DNA of 64,000 nucleotides from Spirochaetia bacterium (GTDB lineage: Bacteria; Spirochaetota; Spirochaetia; UBA9216). This document shows, piece after piece, positions 10,161 to 21,404 of the stretch. Position numbers and translations under genes: made by a program. How positions within the stretch are numbered: position 1 is the stretch's first letter; every line of letters starts with the position of its first letter. Where the stretch lies: positions 3,616,001 through 3,680,000 of the forward strand of contig OY776510.1 in NCBI GenBank assembly GCA_963675665.1, in the 5' to 3' direction. The notes beneath the pieces are model-generated. The model worked only from the letters and a program-made list of their open reading frames with translations. It did not search any database and was not told the origin of the DNA.

Positions 10161-12061
10161 TATTCCGCCTGCTCCGTTATTATCTGCTGCTCATCTTCCC
10201 GGGCTTCTCTTTGGCGCTTTCTCCAGTCAACTATGTACCATTTGTTTCTGAATTCTTCCAGTACTTCTTCATATGTCTGATCTGTAAAGATGCCTTGCAG
10301 AATCATATCTGCTGCCTTGGGTGCCCACCATTCCCATTCATTTACTCCTTCCACATTAATTACAAGCACAATTTGTTCATCCGGATTATCTGTTTTATAC
10401 GGTGCAAAACATGCAAACCATGAATCCCATTGTTCTTCCAGTCCAATCTGGCCCGTACCTGTTTTTCCTGCAGCTTCAACAGCTTGTGTCGTTATAACAT
10501 ATTTTGCAGTTCCGTCTGTAATAACACCTCTTAAATATTCTTTCAGCGTTGCAAAGGTGTCCTTGCTGATATTTGTAGTTCTCAGTATTTCCGGTTGAAC
10601 TTCATTCAGAACTTCACCTGTTGCCTGATCAACAACCTGCTTAAGTATATGTGGTTTATATGAAAATCCTTCATTAACAATTAACGAAAGAGCTGACGCC
10701 ATTTGTAAAGGCGTTACATTCAACGCTCCCTGGCCGATTGAGACGTTCATGGTGTCGCCTCCGACCCAAACAGTATGATAAACATCTTCTTTCCATTCAG
10801 GTGTCGGAACAAGACCTCTGATTTCACCGGGTAAATCTATTCCGGTAGCTTCTCCATATCCCAGCTTCCTTGAATAATCCGCTATTTTATCGATACCCAG
10901 ATATTCTACACCCATGGTATAAAAGAATACATTACATGATTCTGCGAGCCCTTCCTTCAGTGTTAACGGACCATGCCCGCTTAGTTTGTGACAATTAAAA
11001 GTCCTGTCTCCCAATGTCATTGATCCGTTACAATTAATAACTTTATTCAAAGGAAATGCTTTTTCTTCAAGAACGGCAGCTGTCATTATTATTTTAAATG
11101 TTGAAGCAGGAGCATAACCGGACTGAATCGTCCTGTTTAAAAACGGAAATCTGGGATCCAATGACAATTTGTTATATTCTTCTTCACTCTGATCTGTGTA
11201 AAACAGATTTGGGTTATAAAAAGGATATGAAACCATTGCCAGGACTTCGCCTGTCGACGGTTTAAGGACCACTACAGAACCAATACGTTCGCCGAGGGCA
11301 TTTTCACAAAGTTTTTGTATGTTTCTGTCTATTGTAAGGACAAGGCTTTTACCGTTTTCCGGTGGAGTAACCTGCAAATCTCCTTCAATTCTTCTTCCCT
11401 TAACATCAACAGTTCTCATCCTGGAACCGTTGTTCCCCCGCAGCAGCATATCATACTGTTTCTCTATTCCGCTTTTACCTATAGTCGAATTACGTTCGTA
11501 ACCTTTATTATAAAGTATTTGCAAATCTTCACTGGTTATATTACCGACATAACCTATTATATGGGAAAGTGATCCCTCCTCCGGATATCCTCGTATAGGT
11601 TTGCTCTGCCAGCTTAAACCAGGAAAATCCTCAATATGTTCAGCCAAAAAAGTTATTTCTTCGTATTGCAGAGCGTCTTTCAATTCCACGGGCTGAAACC
11701 CTCCGGAAGTTCCCGCAGGAAGCTTTTGTCTCAAAGCATCTTCTTCAATATTCAAATATCTGCTGCAATTGATAATAAGCTTCTCTTTCTGTTCATCGCT
11801 AAGCTCTCCTGGCGTTGCGTAAACAGCAAAGGAAGGTATATTCATAACTATCGGATAATCTTTGTTCCTGTCGTAAATTTCGCCTCTCTGAGCAGGTATT
11901 ACAGCCTGTCTGCTGGCTACTTCTTTCGCCCTTCGCTGATACTCGGAAAAATTAACGATTTGCATGCTTCCCAGGTAAATTGCATAAACAATCCAGAAAA
12001 CTACAATCATAAGCATCAGGAAAATAATCCTGAGCTTAGGTACTTCGAATTTCTGCGGCAT
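10160..12061 (-). CDS. mrdA: penicillin-binding protein 2
   Basis: RGEIYDRN, SxxK (STFK), SCN and KTGT motifs; between mreD and rodA. Confidence 0.95.
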   Translation of the reverse strand: MPQKFEVPKLRIIFLMLMIVVFWIVYAIYLGSMQIVNFSEYQRRAKEVASRQAVIPAQRGEIYDRNKDYPIVMNIPSFAVYATPGELSDEQKEKLIINCSRYLNIEEDALRQKLPAGTSGGFQPVELKDALQYEEITFLAEHIEDFPGLSWQSKPIRGYPEEGSLSHIIGYVGNITSEDLQILYNKGYERNSTIGKSGIEKQYDMLLRGNNGSRMRTVDVKGRRIEGDLQVTPPENGKSLVLTIDRNIQKLCENALGERIGSVVVLKPSTGEVLAMVSYPFYNPNLFYTDQSEEEYNKLSLDPRFPFLNRTIQSGYAPASTFKIIMTAAVLEEKAFPLNKVINCNGSMTLGDRTFNCHKLSGHGPLTLKEGLAESCNVFFYTMGVEYLGIDKIADYSRKLGYGEATGIDLPGEIRGLVPTPEWKEDVYHTVWVGGDTMNVSIGQGALNVTPLQMASALSLIVNEGFSYKPHILKQVVDQATGEVLNEVQPEILRTTNISKDTFATLKEYLRGVITDGTAKYVITTQAVEAAGKTGTGQIGLEEQWDSWFACFAPYKTDNPDEQIVLVINVEGVNEWEWWAPKAADMILQGIFTDQTYEEVLEEFRNKWYIVDWRKRQREAREDEQQIITEQAE

Positions 12062-12063
12062 TT

Positions 12064-12573
12064 TTAATAGCCGTCCTTATCATTTAACCTGTAAATTTTT
12101 AAAAGTTTTAGTAATGCAAAAATAAAAGGAGACAAAAATGCATTCAGGCCAAGTTCAATAAAAAAACTTTTACCGAAGACACCAGCTCCTCCATCAGGAA
12201 GAAAAATCATAATCTCCAGAGAGGAAATTATTTCTTTAAAAATTGTGGCGGTTACAACAAATATAACCGGAAGAAGAATTGAATCAAGAAAAAGTTTGCC
12301 TTTCAGTTTACCATATATAAACCCTGTAATAGTCTTATTTAAAGCATTAAAACCAAGAGGACACGCGCTTAAAAAGTCCTGAATCAACCCTGCAGAAAAT
12401 CCCAGTATCTGACCACGCATTGGACCTGAACTGTTCGAGGAGAATACTATTACTATCAATGCAATATCAGGGATAACTCCATAAATCTCGATATTATGCA
12501 TAAAAGTCGATTGTATTATCACACATCCTGCAGTGAGAAGCAGACTAAAAATAAAATTGTTTCTTCTCATCAT
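12064..12573 (-). CDS. mreD: rod shape-determining protein MreD
   Basis: Hydrophobic protein with PDIALI and GLIQD motifs; operon position. Confidence 0.88.
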   Translation of the reverse strand: MMRRNNFIFSLLLTAGCVIIQSTFMHNIEIYGVIPDIALIVIVFSSNSSGPMRGQILGFSAGLIQDFLSACPLGFNALNKTITGFIYGKLKGKLFLDSILLPVIFVVTATIFKEIISSLEIMIFLPDGGAGVFGKSFFIELGLNAFLSPFIFALLKLLKIYRLNDKDGY

Positions 12574-13415
12574 TCTTCCCGTTTAAGAATGAAAACATAT
12601 TCGAGCTTGCTGAAATCAACAACAGGCTCAATTTCAAGCTGTAAAGACGTATCCCATTCCTTTCCTTCAATGGCTGTAACCCTTCCTATATATATGCCTT
12701 TGGGATATATAGATTTCATTCCTGACGTAATTACGAAATCCCCATATCGAATTTCTTCACGTGCAATCTTTTTGACATAGTCCATTCGTAATAAGGAATT
12801 TGAATAGCCGCTTCCGCTTACCAGTCCCTCGTATCTGCTGTCCTGAAGTCTTGATGAAACGTAAGCCGATTCGTTATAAATTGGAATAATTATAGATGAG
12901 AAACGGCTAACCTCTCCAACCTTGCCTACAAGACCGTGATAACCGTCCTGCAAGGCTACAACAGGCATATCACGTTTCAGACCGGAACTGCTGCCTTTGT
13001 TTACGATTATTGAGTTAAAAGTATTACCCGGATCTTTTCCTATAACTTCTGCCGGTATATTCTTATATATACTTGTTTTTGAAAAACCGAGCTGATCCCT
13101 GAGGTATTTATTCTCATTTCTTAATTCTGTAATATTTCTTTCAGTTTCTTCATATTCACTTATTTTATTTTGAAGTTCATCATAAGCTTCTTTCAACTCG
13201 CTTAATTCATTTATTGAATTTACTGTTTCAGATATAAAATTGCCTATACCGCTTATCCCTCTCTGGAATACTGAAAAAACTGTAAACCCCGCCTCTTTTG
13301 GGCGTATCAACTTCTGATCCGTATTCAACCCGATCATAACGACCGATATAATTATCAGTATTAAAAGAGTTGTTATTTCCCTGTATTTTTTGATTAACTG
13401 CAGAAAATCCGACAT
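12570..13415 (-). CDS. mreC: rod shape-determining protein MreC
   Basis: TM, coiled coil (LRNENKYLRDQL), NKGSSSG, TSG..IYPKGIYIG. Confidence 0.93.
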   Translation of the reverse strand: MSDFLQLIKKYREITTLLILIIISVVMIGLNTDQKLIRPKEAGFTVFSVFQRGISGIGNFISETVNSINELSELKEAYDELQNKISEYEETERNITELRNENKYLRDQLGFSKTSIYKNIPAEVIGKDPGNTFNSIIVNKGSSSGLKRDMPVVALQDGYHGLVGKVGEVSRFSSIIIPIYNESAYVSSRLQDSRYEGLVSGSGYSNSLLRMDYVKKIAREEIRYGDFVITSGMKSIYPKGIYIGRVTAIEGKEWDTSLQLEIEPVVDFSKLEYVFILKREE

Positions 13416-13426
13416 CGGTTCTTCAG

Positions 13427-14467
13427 TTATCTATCCAGGCTGTTGTATATTGTCCTGCTTGAAAGATCTTTTGTATGCTCATAATACATTCCGGCCCCCT
13501 TGGCAACACACAACAGCGGATCTTCCGCCAGGATTACCGGCACACCGGTTTCCTTCGAGATCAGTTTGGGCATACCTTTCAGCAGCGATCCGCCCCCGGT
13601 CATTACTATACCCCGCTCTACTATATCTGCTGCCAACTCAGGCGGTGTCTGTCCGAGAGTACTCTTAATTTCCTCTATTATTCCGTTTATCGGCTCCTGA
13701 AGGGCTTCACGTACCTCAACAGAGTCAATTTCCAGTCTTCTGGGCAGGCCCGTTATAGCATCGGTTCCTTTAATTTCCATTTTCTCAATTTTCTTGTCGG
13801 GAGACGCATTCCCGATCTTTATTTTCAGGTTTTCTGCGGTTTGTTCGCCTACAATCAGGTTATGGACATTTCTTACGTGTTTTATAATTGCTTCATCAAA
13901 TTCATCTCCGCCAATACGGATAGCCTTTGTCACAACCATTCCGCCCAGAGAAATAACCGAAATTTCAGTGGTACCTCCGCCGATATCGCATACCATATGC
14001 CCGGCAGGTTCGAAGATGGGCATATTCGCTCCGATTGCAGCAGCCAAAGATTCTTCAATGACTTTTACTTCCCGGGCGCCGGCTTTAAGTGCACATTCCT
14101 CGACAGCTCTTCGTTCAACTTCAGTTATACAGGTAGGCACACCTATTACCATTCTTGGTTTTACGAATAACCTTCTGGGTATGACACTTGAGATAAAATA
14201 CCTGATCATCTTCTCTGTTGTTTCAAGATCAGCGATAACACCATCCCTGAGCGGCCTTATAGCAATTATATCTCCGGGAGTTTTCCAGAGCATTTTTTTT
14301 GCTTCAGCACCAACTGCTACAACCTTCTTAGTTCCTCGTTCAACAGCAACGACTGAGGGTTCAGAAATGACAATTCCCTTTCCTCTGACATGAACCAGCG
14401 TATTGCATGTACCAAGATCAATTCCAATGTCAGATGAAAACGCATCTGAAAATCTTCTAAAGCCCAT
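13427..14467 (-). CDS. mreB: actin-like MreB
   Basis: [32 protein letters not shown]. Start moved to the ATG at 14467, which follows GGGAGGA. Confidence 0.97.
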   Translation of the reverse strand: MGFRRFSDAFSSDIGIDLGTCNTLVHVRGKGIVISEPSVVAVERGTKKVVAVGAEAKKMLWKTPGDIIAIRPLRDGVIADLETTEKMIRYFISSVIPRRLFVKPRMVIGVPTCITEVERRAVEECALKAGAREVKVIEESLAAAIGANMPIFEPAGHMVCDIGGGTTEISVISLGGMVVTKAIRIGGDEFDEAIIKHVRNVHNLIVGEQTAENLKIKIGNASPDKKIEKMEIKGTDAITGLPRRLEIDSVEVREALQEPINGIIEEIKSTLGQTPPELAADIVERGIVMTGGGSLLKGMPKLISKETGVPVILAEDPLLCVAKGAGMYYEHTKDLSSRTIYNSLDR

Positions 14468-14486
14468 TAAATCCTCCCAATCGCAT

Positions 14487-15440
14487 TTAACCGTACAGTT
14501 TAAGCTTTGCACCGTAATGGTAAGAATCTATTTCCAGACACTTTCTCCATTCGTACCTTGCTTTTACACTATCGCCCATTTTCTCATATATATCGCCAAG
14601 ATAATAATGAGCGTCGGCCGCTTTATTATTTTTTTCAAGTATTTTTCTGTATTCAGCCTCAGCTTTTTCATACTCCCCATTTTCAACAAGGATATTTCCA
14701 AGCAAATATCTGGCTTTCTGTTCAACACTGAAATCAGTTGTATTGTTCAGTGTTTTAAGCAAATATGTCTCTGATTCTGTAACATCTCCCAATTGATAGT
14801 ATGTCTGAGCAAGTACCAAATAAAGCATATCCGACGGATTTTTTTCTATTGCTTTAAGATAATACTCAATACTTTTCTCATACTTTCCTATTCTTGAATT
14901 CAACAACCCAAGATATTCAAAAGTATCATCATCAGTATAACCATGTTCTACAGATTCTTCCAGATATTTTACTGCAAGATCCGAATAGAATTTACCTTTC
15001 TGAAAATAACACTTTCCAAGTATATATTTGACCTTTCCCCTGATGTCGTCATTACATACAAGAAGCGCCCTTCTAAGATTCATTATAGCACTGTCAAATA
15101 GAGGAATCTTTTCTTCGAGTGAGTACTGTGATGCACCTCTGTAAAAATATGAAAAACCGTTATAGATCAGGGCTTTCTGTTCCATCGGTTCTTCGGCGAG
15201 AATTTCTTCACATTTTTTATTAATTGCCTCGTAATGCTGATTCTTCCATAATGACTCAATTGTTTGCTCGTTTTCATCATTATTAATTAAAATGCGTCCG
15301 TCAATTTCAGATCTGTTAATAACCAGAATAATGCTGACGACAGCAGCAACAATCAGGACTATGCCTGTTATCCATAGAAGCGGCTTTCTGCTATCTCGCT
15401 TTTTACCGCTGAATCTGTATCTATCTTCAGGTAGAATCAT
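14487..15440 (-). CDS. membrane-anchored TPR protein
   Basis: N-terminal TM helix and multiple TPR repeats. Confidence 0.85.
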   Translation of the reverse strand: MILPEDRYRFSGKKRDSRKPLLWITGIVLIVAAVVSIILVINRSEIDGRILINNDENEQTIESLWKNQHYEAINKKCEEILAEEPMEQKALIYNGFSYFYRGASQYSLEEKIPLFDSAIMNLRRALLVCNDDIRGKVKYILGKCYFQKGKFYSDLAVKYLEESVEHGYTDDDTFEYLGLLNSRIGKYEKSIEYYLKAIEKNPSDMLYLVLAQTYYQLGDVTESETYLLKTLNNTTDFSVEQKARYLLGNILVENGEYEKAEAEYRKILEKNNKAADAHYYLGDIYEKMGDSVKARYEWRKCLEIDSYHYGAKLKLYG

Positions 15441-15468
15441 CTTTCAGCCTTATTTTAAAATTAAAAAC

Positions 15469-15935
15469 GACGGATCTATAAGCCGGGTTCTGTATTAGTT
15501 TCCAAAGGAAACGTACGATAACCATCTATCTAATCCAGAAATTACTTCCTGTTTCAAGCAGTTTACCCGCAGATTGATGAAATTACTCTGTAATTTCCTT
15601 TGAAATTACTTCATAATCACCTCAGGCGAACACCTTCTGCTGCTTAACTTTGCTCCTGGTGAGGTTTACCATGCCTTTGTTGTTGCCAACAAAGCGGTGG
15701 GCTCTTACCCCGCCTTTTCACCCTTACTAAGGAGACTTTGCGAGCAAAGTCTCTGAAGTTTGCATGCAAACTCCACATCCAACCAAACGCCTAGCGGTAT
15801 ATTTTCTGCGGCACTATCTGTCGAAAAACCTGAAAGTTTTCCTCCCGGGTATTACCCGGCACCATGTTCTTCGGAGCCCGGACTTTCCTCAAAACAGTCA
15901 TATACATTTCCTGTTCTGCGGTTATCCGATCCGTC
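15469..15935 (-). ncRNA. rnpB: RNase P RNA (type A, enlarged)
   Basis: Minus strand has GAGGAAAGTCCGGGCTCC (P4 5' side) and ACAGAACCCGGCTTAT (P4 3' side); terminal P1 GACGGATC/GATCCGTC; conserved TAAGGGTGAAAAGG..GGTAAGAGCCCACCG. Confidence 0.95.
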
Positions 15936-15941
15936 GTACTT

Positions 15942-15970
15942 ATTTTACCACAATTGTAAGTTTTTGCCAA
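15942..15970 (-). promoter_or_regulatory. sigma70 promoter of rnpB
   Basis: TTGGCA-N17-TAAAAT with extended TGn, ending 6 nt before P1. Confidence 0.65.
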
Positions 15971-15995
15971 TTATACGATTTATTATTTATATACC

Positions 15996-16799
15996 CTAAA
16001 AATCATCATCATCATCTTCGTCTTCAAGATCTGATAATCCTTCAGAGTCATCGTCCGAAAGGAAGGTAGTATCGTATTTATCATCTGCATCTATCTCTTC
16101 AAAAAATAAAATACGGCTGCAATACGGACAGAAATGTATTTCTTCGCCCTTTCGCACCTCATTAACAAATTGTGCAGGTAGAATCATATGACAACCGGAA
16201 CATACAGAGTTTTTTACCGGAACAATACCGACACCGGATTTGCTTTTTATAATCCGCTCGAATTTAAACAGAATTTCTTCGTCCATATCAGGGGTTGTAT
16301 GTTTTTCTTTTTCTTCAAGATCGGATAAAAGCTGTTTTTTTTGCTCGCTCTCATTCTTATTCTTTTCTTCTTCAGCAGACAGCTCTTCTTCCTGCTGATT
16401 AATAAGCTTCTCATCCCGTTCAAGTATATACTTGTATTCTTCAAGATCCTTCTCTGATTTAATTATATCTTTTCTGCATTCCTGCTCTTTTTCAGTGGCA
16501 TCTTTAATCTCTTTATCAAGAACTTCATATTCACGCTGGGTTTTTATTTCATCCATCTGCTTTTCATATTGTTCTCTCAAAGCTTCAGCTTCAGCTAATC
16601 TGGTTCGCAGGTTACCGATTCTTTTCTTGGTATTTTCAACTTTTTCATTTTTCTCGATATATGTTTTTTTCAGTCTGTTAAGCAACTCTGTCTTTGTTAC
16701 CATAGCTTTTGGTATTTCATTAATATCTCTTTCGATTTCATACTTCTTTGAAAGAATATCCTGTAAATCTTTCAATTTTTCAAAAATATCCTGCTTCAT
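15996..16799 (-). CDS. coiled-coil C4-type zinc-ribbon protein
   Basis: Long coiled coil, CSGC...CPYC and acidic tail; downstream of rpoD. Confidence 0.9.
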   Translation of the reverse strand: MKQDIFEKLKDLQDILSKKYEIERDINEIPKAMVTKTELLNRLKKTYIEKNEKVENTKKRIGNLRTRLAEAEALREQYEKQMDEIKTQREYEVLDKEIKDATEKEQECRKDIIKSEKDLEEYKYILERDEKLINQQEEELSAEEEKNKNESEQKKQLLSDLEEKEKHTTPDMDEEILFKFERIIKSKSGVGIVPVKNSVCSGCHMILPAQFVNEVRKGEEIHFCPYCSRILFFEEIDADDKYDTTFLSDDDSEGLSDLEDEDDDDDF

Positions 16800-16842
16800 T
16801 CCTGCAACCCCTTGTTAAAAATGAATATCTTTTTACTAGTTC

Positions 16843-18651
16843 CTAGTTATCAATATAATCTTTAAGTCTTCGGCTTCTCTTCGGATGTCTTAACCTTCTG
16901 AGAGCCTTTGCTTCTATCTGTCTTATTCTTTCCCTTGTTACATTGAAATACAGTCCTACTTCTTCCAAAGTAAGAGAGTACCCGTCTTCCAGACCAAACC
17001 GCATCTTGAGAACTTCCTGCTCCCTCGGAGGAAGAGTGCATAAAACATCCTGCAGCTGTTCCTGCAGTAATTTAAATGCAGTCTGGTTTGCCGGGTTTTC
17101 TACATCCTTGTCTTCAATAAAATCCCCAAGCAGTGAGTCTTCTTCCTCTCCTATCGGTGTTTCAAGAGAAATCGGCTCTCTTGCTACATTCTTAACCGAT
17201 TTTACCCGAAGTACCGACCAACCAAGCCTTTCAGCAATTTCCTCATCAGAAGGCTCTCTACCGAGCAGCTGCATCAACTGTCTTGATTCTCTTACAACCT
17301 TGTTTATCTGTTCTATCATGTGAACAGGCACACGTATTGTTCTTGCCTGGTCAGAAATTGATCGCGTAATAGCCTGCCTTATCCACCAAGTAGCATATGT
17401 TGAGAATTTGTAACCTTTTCTGTATTCAAATTTCTCAACAGCTTTTATCAGTCCTATATTTCCTTCCTGCACAAGATCAAAAAAATGAAGTCCGCGGTTT
17501 GTGTATTTCTTTGCAATACTAACAACAAGCCTCAGGTTTGCCTGTATGAGCCTGTCTTTTGCTTTTTTCATCATGCTTTTCCCGCGGTCGATTTCGACGG
17601 ATCTTTCAATTATCCTGTCAATATTTTCTTCAAATTCGACCTCAAGCTGATTAAGTTTTTTATCAGCTACCTGAACCTGTCTTATTTTTTCTTTAATCTC
17701 TTCAGCATTAAGTCCTAATTCTTCTTCAATTTCACGTCTTTTTCCAGTCTGAGCCAGACCTCTTCCAAGGGTCCTGAGCTCTCTCATACTGTTGACCTTC
17801 AGTCGTCGCTCAATTTTATGCTGTTTCTTTTGATATCGATTTATTTTTTCAGCTGCGATTGTAAACCTGTCTGAAAAATAAAGAATTTCTTCCTGATGAA
17901 TATCAATATCATCTACTTTTTTAAGCAGTGATTTCCTTTTTTTAACAATCTCTTCATCATTTATAACATCGCCGCCTTTTTCTACAATGCTGGTTTTCAA
18001 TTCTATATAGTTTTTCAGCTGCGGTCTGATTTCTTTAAGTCTTTCCCTGTAAAATTGTGTAAGACGTCTTCTTTCGGCAAGGAATTCAGAGATTTCCTTT
18101 TTGCTCAAATCGAGGTCTCTCGGATCTACTTTTGAAAAGGTCTTTATCATAAGGTTGTTAAATTCCGGAATGACCATTCCTGAATTCTTTATTACTTCCT
18201 TTATAATATTTTCACCTTCTTCCATCTGCTTTGACAGCTCAACTTCCTGCTCCGCCGTAAGAAGATTCTCTTTTCCGATTTCCCTCAAATACAATCTGAT
18301 TGGATCATCAATAGAAGATTCTTTTTCACTGTATACAATTCTCTTTTTTTCTACCGGCTCTTCAATTGCCTCATCATCTGAGCTTTCATCATCAAGATCA
18401 TCATCAAGATCATCTGCTTCATCATCATCAAGAATGTCATCCAGATCTTCCGGAGGCCCCTGGGGTATATTCGGATCTTCAACGATATTTATTTTGTTTT
18501 TTTCCAGAATAGCTATAACTTCTTCAATTTTGTCCGAATTTACAATACTGTCCGGAAGCAAATCATTAATCTCATCATAAGTTATATTTTTTTTGTTCTT
18601 TGCATATTCAAGTAATTTTTCTACAGCAGGTTCGGTCTGCATTTCTGACAT
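16843..18651 (-). CDS. rpoD: RNA polymerase sigma-70 RpoD
   Basis: [49 protein letters not shown]. Confidence 0.98.
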   Translation of the reverse strand: MSEMQTEPAVEKLLEYAKNKKNITYDEINDLLPDSIVNSDKIEEVIAILEKNKINIVEDPNIPQGPPEDLDDILDDDEADDLDDDLDDESSDDEAIEEPVEKKRIVYSEKESSIDDPIRLYLREIGKENLLTAEQEVELSKQMEEGENIIKEVIKNSGMVIPEFNNLMIKTFSKVDPRDLDLSKKEISEFLAERRRLTQFYRERLKEIRPQLKNYIELKTSIVEKGGDVINDEEIVKKRKSLLKKVDDIDIHQEEILYFSDRFTIAAEKINRYQKKQHKIERRLKVNSMRELRTLGRGLAQTGKRREIEEELGLNAEEIKEKIRQVQVADKKLNQLEVEFEENIDRIIERSVEIDRGKSMMKKAKDRLIQANLRLVVSIAKKYTNRGLHFFDLVQEGNIGLIKAVEKFEYRKGYKFSTYATWWIRQAITRSISDQARTIRVPVHMIEQINKVVRESRQLMQLLGREPSDEEIAERLGWSVLRVKSVKNVAREPISLETPIGEEEDSLLGDFIEDKDVENPANQTAFKLLQEQLQDVLCTLPPREQEVLKMRFGLEDGYSLTLEEVGLYFNVTRERIRQIEAKALRRLRHPKRSRRLKDYIDN

Positions 18652-20411
18652 TATATTCCCAACCTCAGTTTTTCGATTTCCTGATCTATAAAGATCTTTT
18701 CGGAGAGAAGTTCCGTCTCGTTAACAACCCCGTCATAATTTTGCGAGATTCCCTTTAATTTCCTGACTATTTCCTCTCTTTTCTTCAACAAACTACTTTT
18801 CTTTATTCTTTTCACAGCGTCTTTTATCAGTTCATCACTATTAATACTGTATTCTTCGGAGGTTACCTTTTCCGCTATCAGCGAAATCAGTGCTGCATCC
18901 GCAATTCGGTTCAAAACTGAATCAAGACCTGTCTCTTCATTTCTGTAACTTTCTTCAAGAGCTATGTAAACTTCTCTTGCCCTGTTGTCGTTCAGGTCGT
19001 CTAAATTAATTTTGCCTCTGACAAACGAATATTTTTCCCGACTGACTATCACTGCTATCATTAGAAACAGTTCAGCAGTAATACCACGTGGTTTCTGTTC
19101 CCTGGCTACTGCTTCTTTCTGCCTGTTATTGCCCGGTTGTCTGTTTTGCCTCTTTATATCTCTTATTACGGAAGAAGCATCAACTCCGATCCTTTCTGCA
19201 ATTACATTTATACAGCTTTCTCTCCTTACTTCGGATGTAAGACTGTTTATATAATCATTAAGCCTCAGAATTACTTCTTCCTTACCTTCGGGATTTCTTA
19301 TATCGGATAAATTTATCGCATTTTCCAGAATATAATCAAAACTATTTATAGTAGATTTTAATATTTTATGCAATGCCTTTTCGCCCTTATTAAGCAGTAA
19401 ATCTGCAGGGTCTTCCTTTTCGTTAAAAACAGCAATTTCACTCTTTATTTCGTGTTTTTCATTGATCATTACGGCTTTTTCAGTTGCTTTTAGTCCGGCT
19501 GAATCACCATCGAATGAAATAACTGCCTTATCTGAATATCTTCTCAGCATTGCCGCCTGTTCCTCAGTATATGCAGTTCCAAGAGGAGCAACAGCATTTT
19601 TTATGCCTGCCTGATGATAAGCTATAACATCCATCTGCCCTTCACACAGAATGAAATAATCCTGCTCCCTTATGCTTTTTATTGCATTAAATAAACCGTA
19701 TACATTTCTTTTTTTTTGAAATATCAGAGTTTCCGGTGAATTTATATATTTCGGACCAAAATCTTTCATTGTTCTTCCGCTGAAAGCTATAATGTCTCCA
19801 TTATAATTCGTCAGGGGAAACATAATTCTTCCTGAGAATAACGGATAGCCAAGTCCTCTTTTTGAGAATAATCCGCTTTCATTCAGGAATTCTTCAGAAT
19901 ATCCTTTTGTTTTTAAAAAACCGGTAAGCCAGCTTCTGTTTTCAGGTGCCCATCCTATTTGAAACTCTTCCAATATTGATTCTGATACGCCCCGATTTTC
20001 GAGATATTTTCTTGCATTTGCGGCTTCCGGCTTGTTTTTTAAAATATATTGGAAACTGCCTGAAGCCCTTTTATACAATTCTTTCAGCGCATCACGTTTT
20101 TTATTGTCTATTCCGCTGCTATATGTTTTATCTATTTCAACTCCTGCTTTCTCCGCAAGATATTTTAGAGATTCCGAAAAACTCATATTCTCAATTTCCA
20201 TAATAAAATCGAAAATAGTACCGCCCTTATGGCAACCGTAACAGTAAAAAAGATTTTTTTCGGGTGTTACAGTAAAAGAAGGAGTCTTTTCATTGTGAAA
20301 CGGGCATAACCCGGTATATCTTGCCCCGGATCTTTTAAGGGTAAGATATTTACCGACAATATCAACGATATTCAGCCTGTTATTTATTTCTTCTCTTACG
20401 TTCCTGCTCAT
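18651..20411 (-). CDS. dnaG: DNA primase
   Basis: [23 protein letters not shown]; TOPRIM EGQMD and FDGD. Confidence 0.97.
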   Translation of the reverse strand: MSRNVREEINNRLNIVDIVGKYLTLKRSGARYTGLCPFHNEKTPSFTVTPEKNLFYCYGCHKGGTIFDFIMEIENMSFSESLKYLAEKAGVEIDKTYSSGIDNKKRDALKELYKRASGSFQYILKNKPEAANARKYLENRGVSESILEEFQIGWAPENRSWLTGFLKTKGYSEEFLNESGLFSKRGLGYPLFSGRIMFPLTNYNGDIIAFSGRTMKDFGPKYINSPETLIFQKKRNVYGLFNAIKSIREQDYFILCEGQMDVIAYHQAGIKNAVAPLGTAYTEEQAAMLRRYSDKAVISFDGDSAGLKATEKAVMINEKHEIKSEIAVFNEKEDPADLLLNKGEKALHKILKSTINSFDYILENAINLSDIRNPEGKEEVILRLNDYINSLTSEVRRESCINVIAERIGVDASSVIRDIKRQNRQPGNNRQKEAVAREQKPRGITAELFLMIAVIVSREKYSFVRGKINLDDLNDNRAREVYIALEESYRNEETGLDSVLNRIADAALISLIAEKVTSEEYSINSDELIKDAVKRIKKSSLLKKREEIVRKLKGISQNYDGVVNETELLSEKIFIDQEIEKLRLGI

Positions 20412-21397
20412 TTTCCCTTTATATACAGTTCGTACGACTGGTTGTGCTCTGCAAGATTTCTGGAAAACATATGAGTACCCTTTTCTGGGTCCTCCAGTAG
20501 AAAATATAAGAAATCAGTTTCCTCCGGATTCAAAGCTGCATTTATCGCCGTCAGTCCCGGGTTGCATATAGGGCCCGGCGGTAATCCTTTATTAGTGTAT
20601 GTATTAAAAGGCGATTCAATTTCCAGATCACGATAAAGCAGTTTTTCAGGATGCTCCTTTCCCTGTTCTTCAGTTATCACATAGACAATAGTTGCGCATG
20701 ATCCCAGGTACATATTCTTTTCTATCCGGTTATAAAATACTGAAGCTATTTTCCCTGCTTCATCTTCGTTTCTGTATTCCCTTTCAATAATTGATGCCAT
20801 TATTACTTTTTCTTTTTGCTGAGCATCGTCCATCTTTTCATAGTCCGGATATACTGAAATTGCTGCTTCTTTAAATGTTTCGGTCATTACTTCAACAACT
20901 TTTTCAGCCGGATATTCTTTTGGAAAACTATAGGTATCAGGAAAAAGAAAACCCTCTGCATTTTTTTCGGCAACCTCTTTTAGAAAATCTTCAGCGTTCG
21001 TTATGCCTTCTTTTTCAAGTATTACCGATATACTTCCTGATGTTAGTCCAGGCGGAACAGCAACCCTGAATAATTCTTCCGCCCCGTATAAAAGCAGATT
21101 ATGTATTTCAACACAACTCGCCCCGCCGCTTATCCTGTAAAGTCCTGACTTCATCATACCGGCCGTGTTTTTAAACTTAATATAAGCAATAAAGAAAGCG
21201 CTGCTTCTTATCAACCCCTGTTCTTCAAGATGTTTTCCGATAACACTTCCATTTTCACCCTTACTTACCCGGAATACTGTTTCTCCGGGCATATTATCAG
21301 GCGGTTTGTTTATATTTATCATTACGGCTGCACCGGCGGCAGCTACCGCAGCCGTAATTATTAACAGAACGATTAAGAATCTTATTAATTTCTTCAT
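20408..21397 (-). CDS. mltG: endolytic transglycosylase MltG
   Basis: EGFLFPDTY, ASIIERE, SPFNTY, GLPPGPICNPG. Confidence 0.95.
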   Translation of the reverse strand: MKKLIRFLIVLLIITAAVAAAGAAVMININKPPDNMPGETVFRVSKGENGSVIGKHLEEQGLIRSSAFFIAYIKFKNTAGMMKSGLYRISGGASCVEIHNLLLYGAEELFRVAVPPGLTSGSISVILEKEGITNAEDFLKEVAEKNAEGFLFPDTYSFPKEYPAEKVVEVMTETFKEAAISVYPDYEKMDDAQQKEKVIMASIIEREYRNEDEAGKIASVFYNRIEKNMYLGSCATIVYVITEEQGKEHPEKLLYRDLEIESPFNTYTNKGLPPGPICNPGLTAINAALNPEETDFLYFLLEDPEKGTHMFSRNLAEHNQSYELYIKGK

Positions 21398-21404
21398 TAT
21401 CTCA

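Noticed and set aside
13475-14393. Long plus-strand ORFs (231 and 199 aa)
   Set aside because: Antisense to mreB with no motifs. The same applies to the shadow ORFs opposite smc, rpoD, the OmpA protein and the ABC genes.
15760-16069. Plus-strand ORFs of 79 and 101 aa
   Set aside because: Antisense shadows of rnpB and the Zn-ribbon gene tail.
18385-18435. ATCATCAAGATC-type tandem repeats
   Set aside because: They encode the acidic DDLDDD linker of RpoD, not an array.
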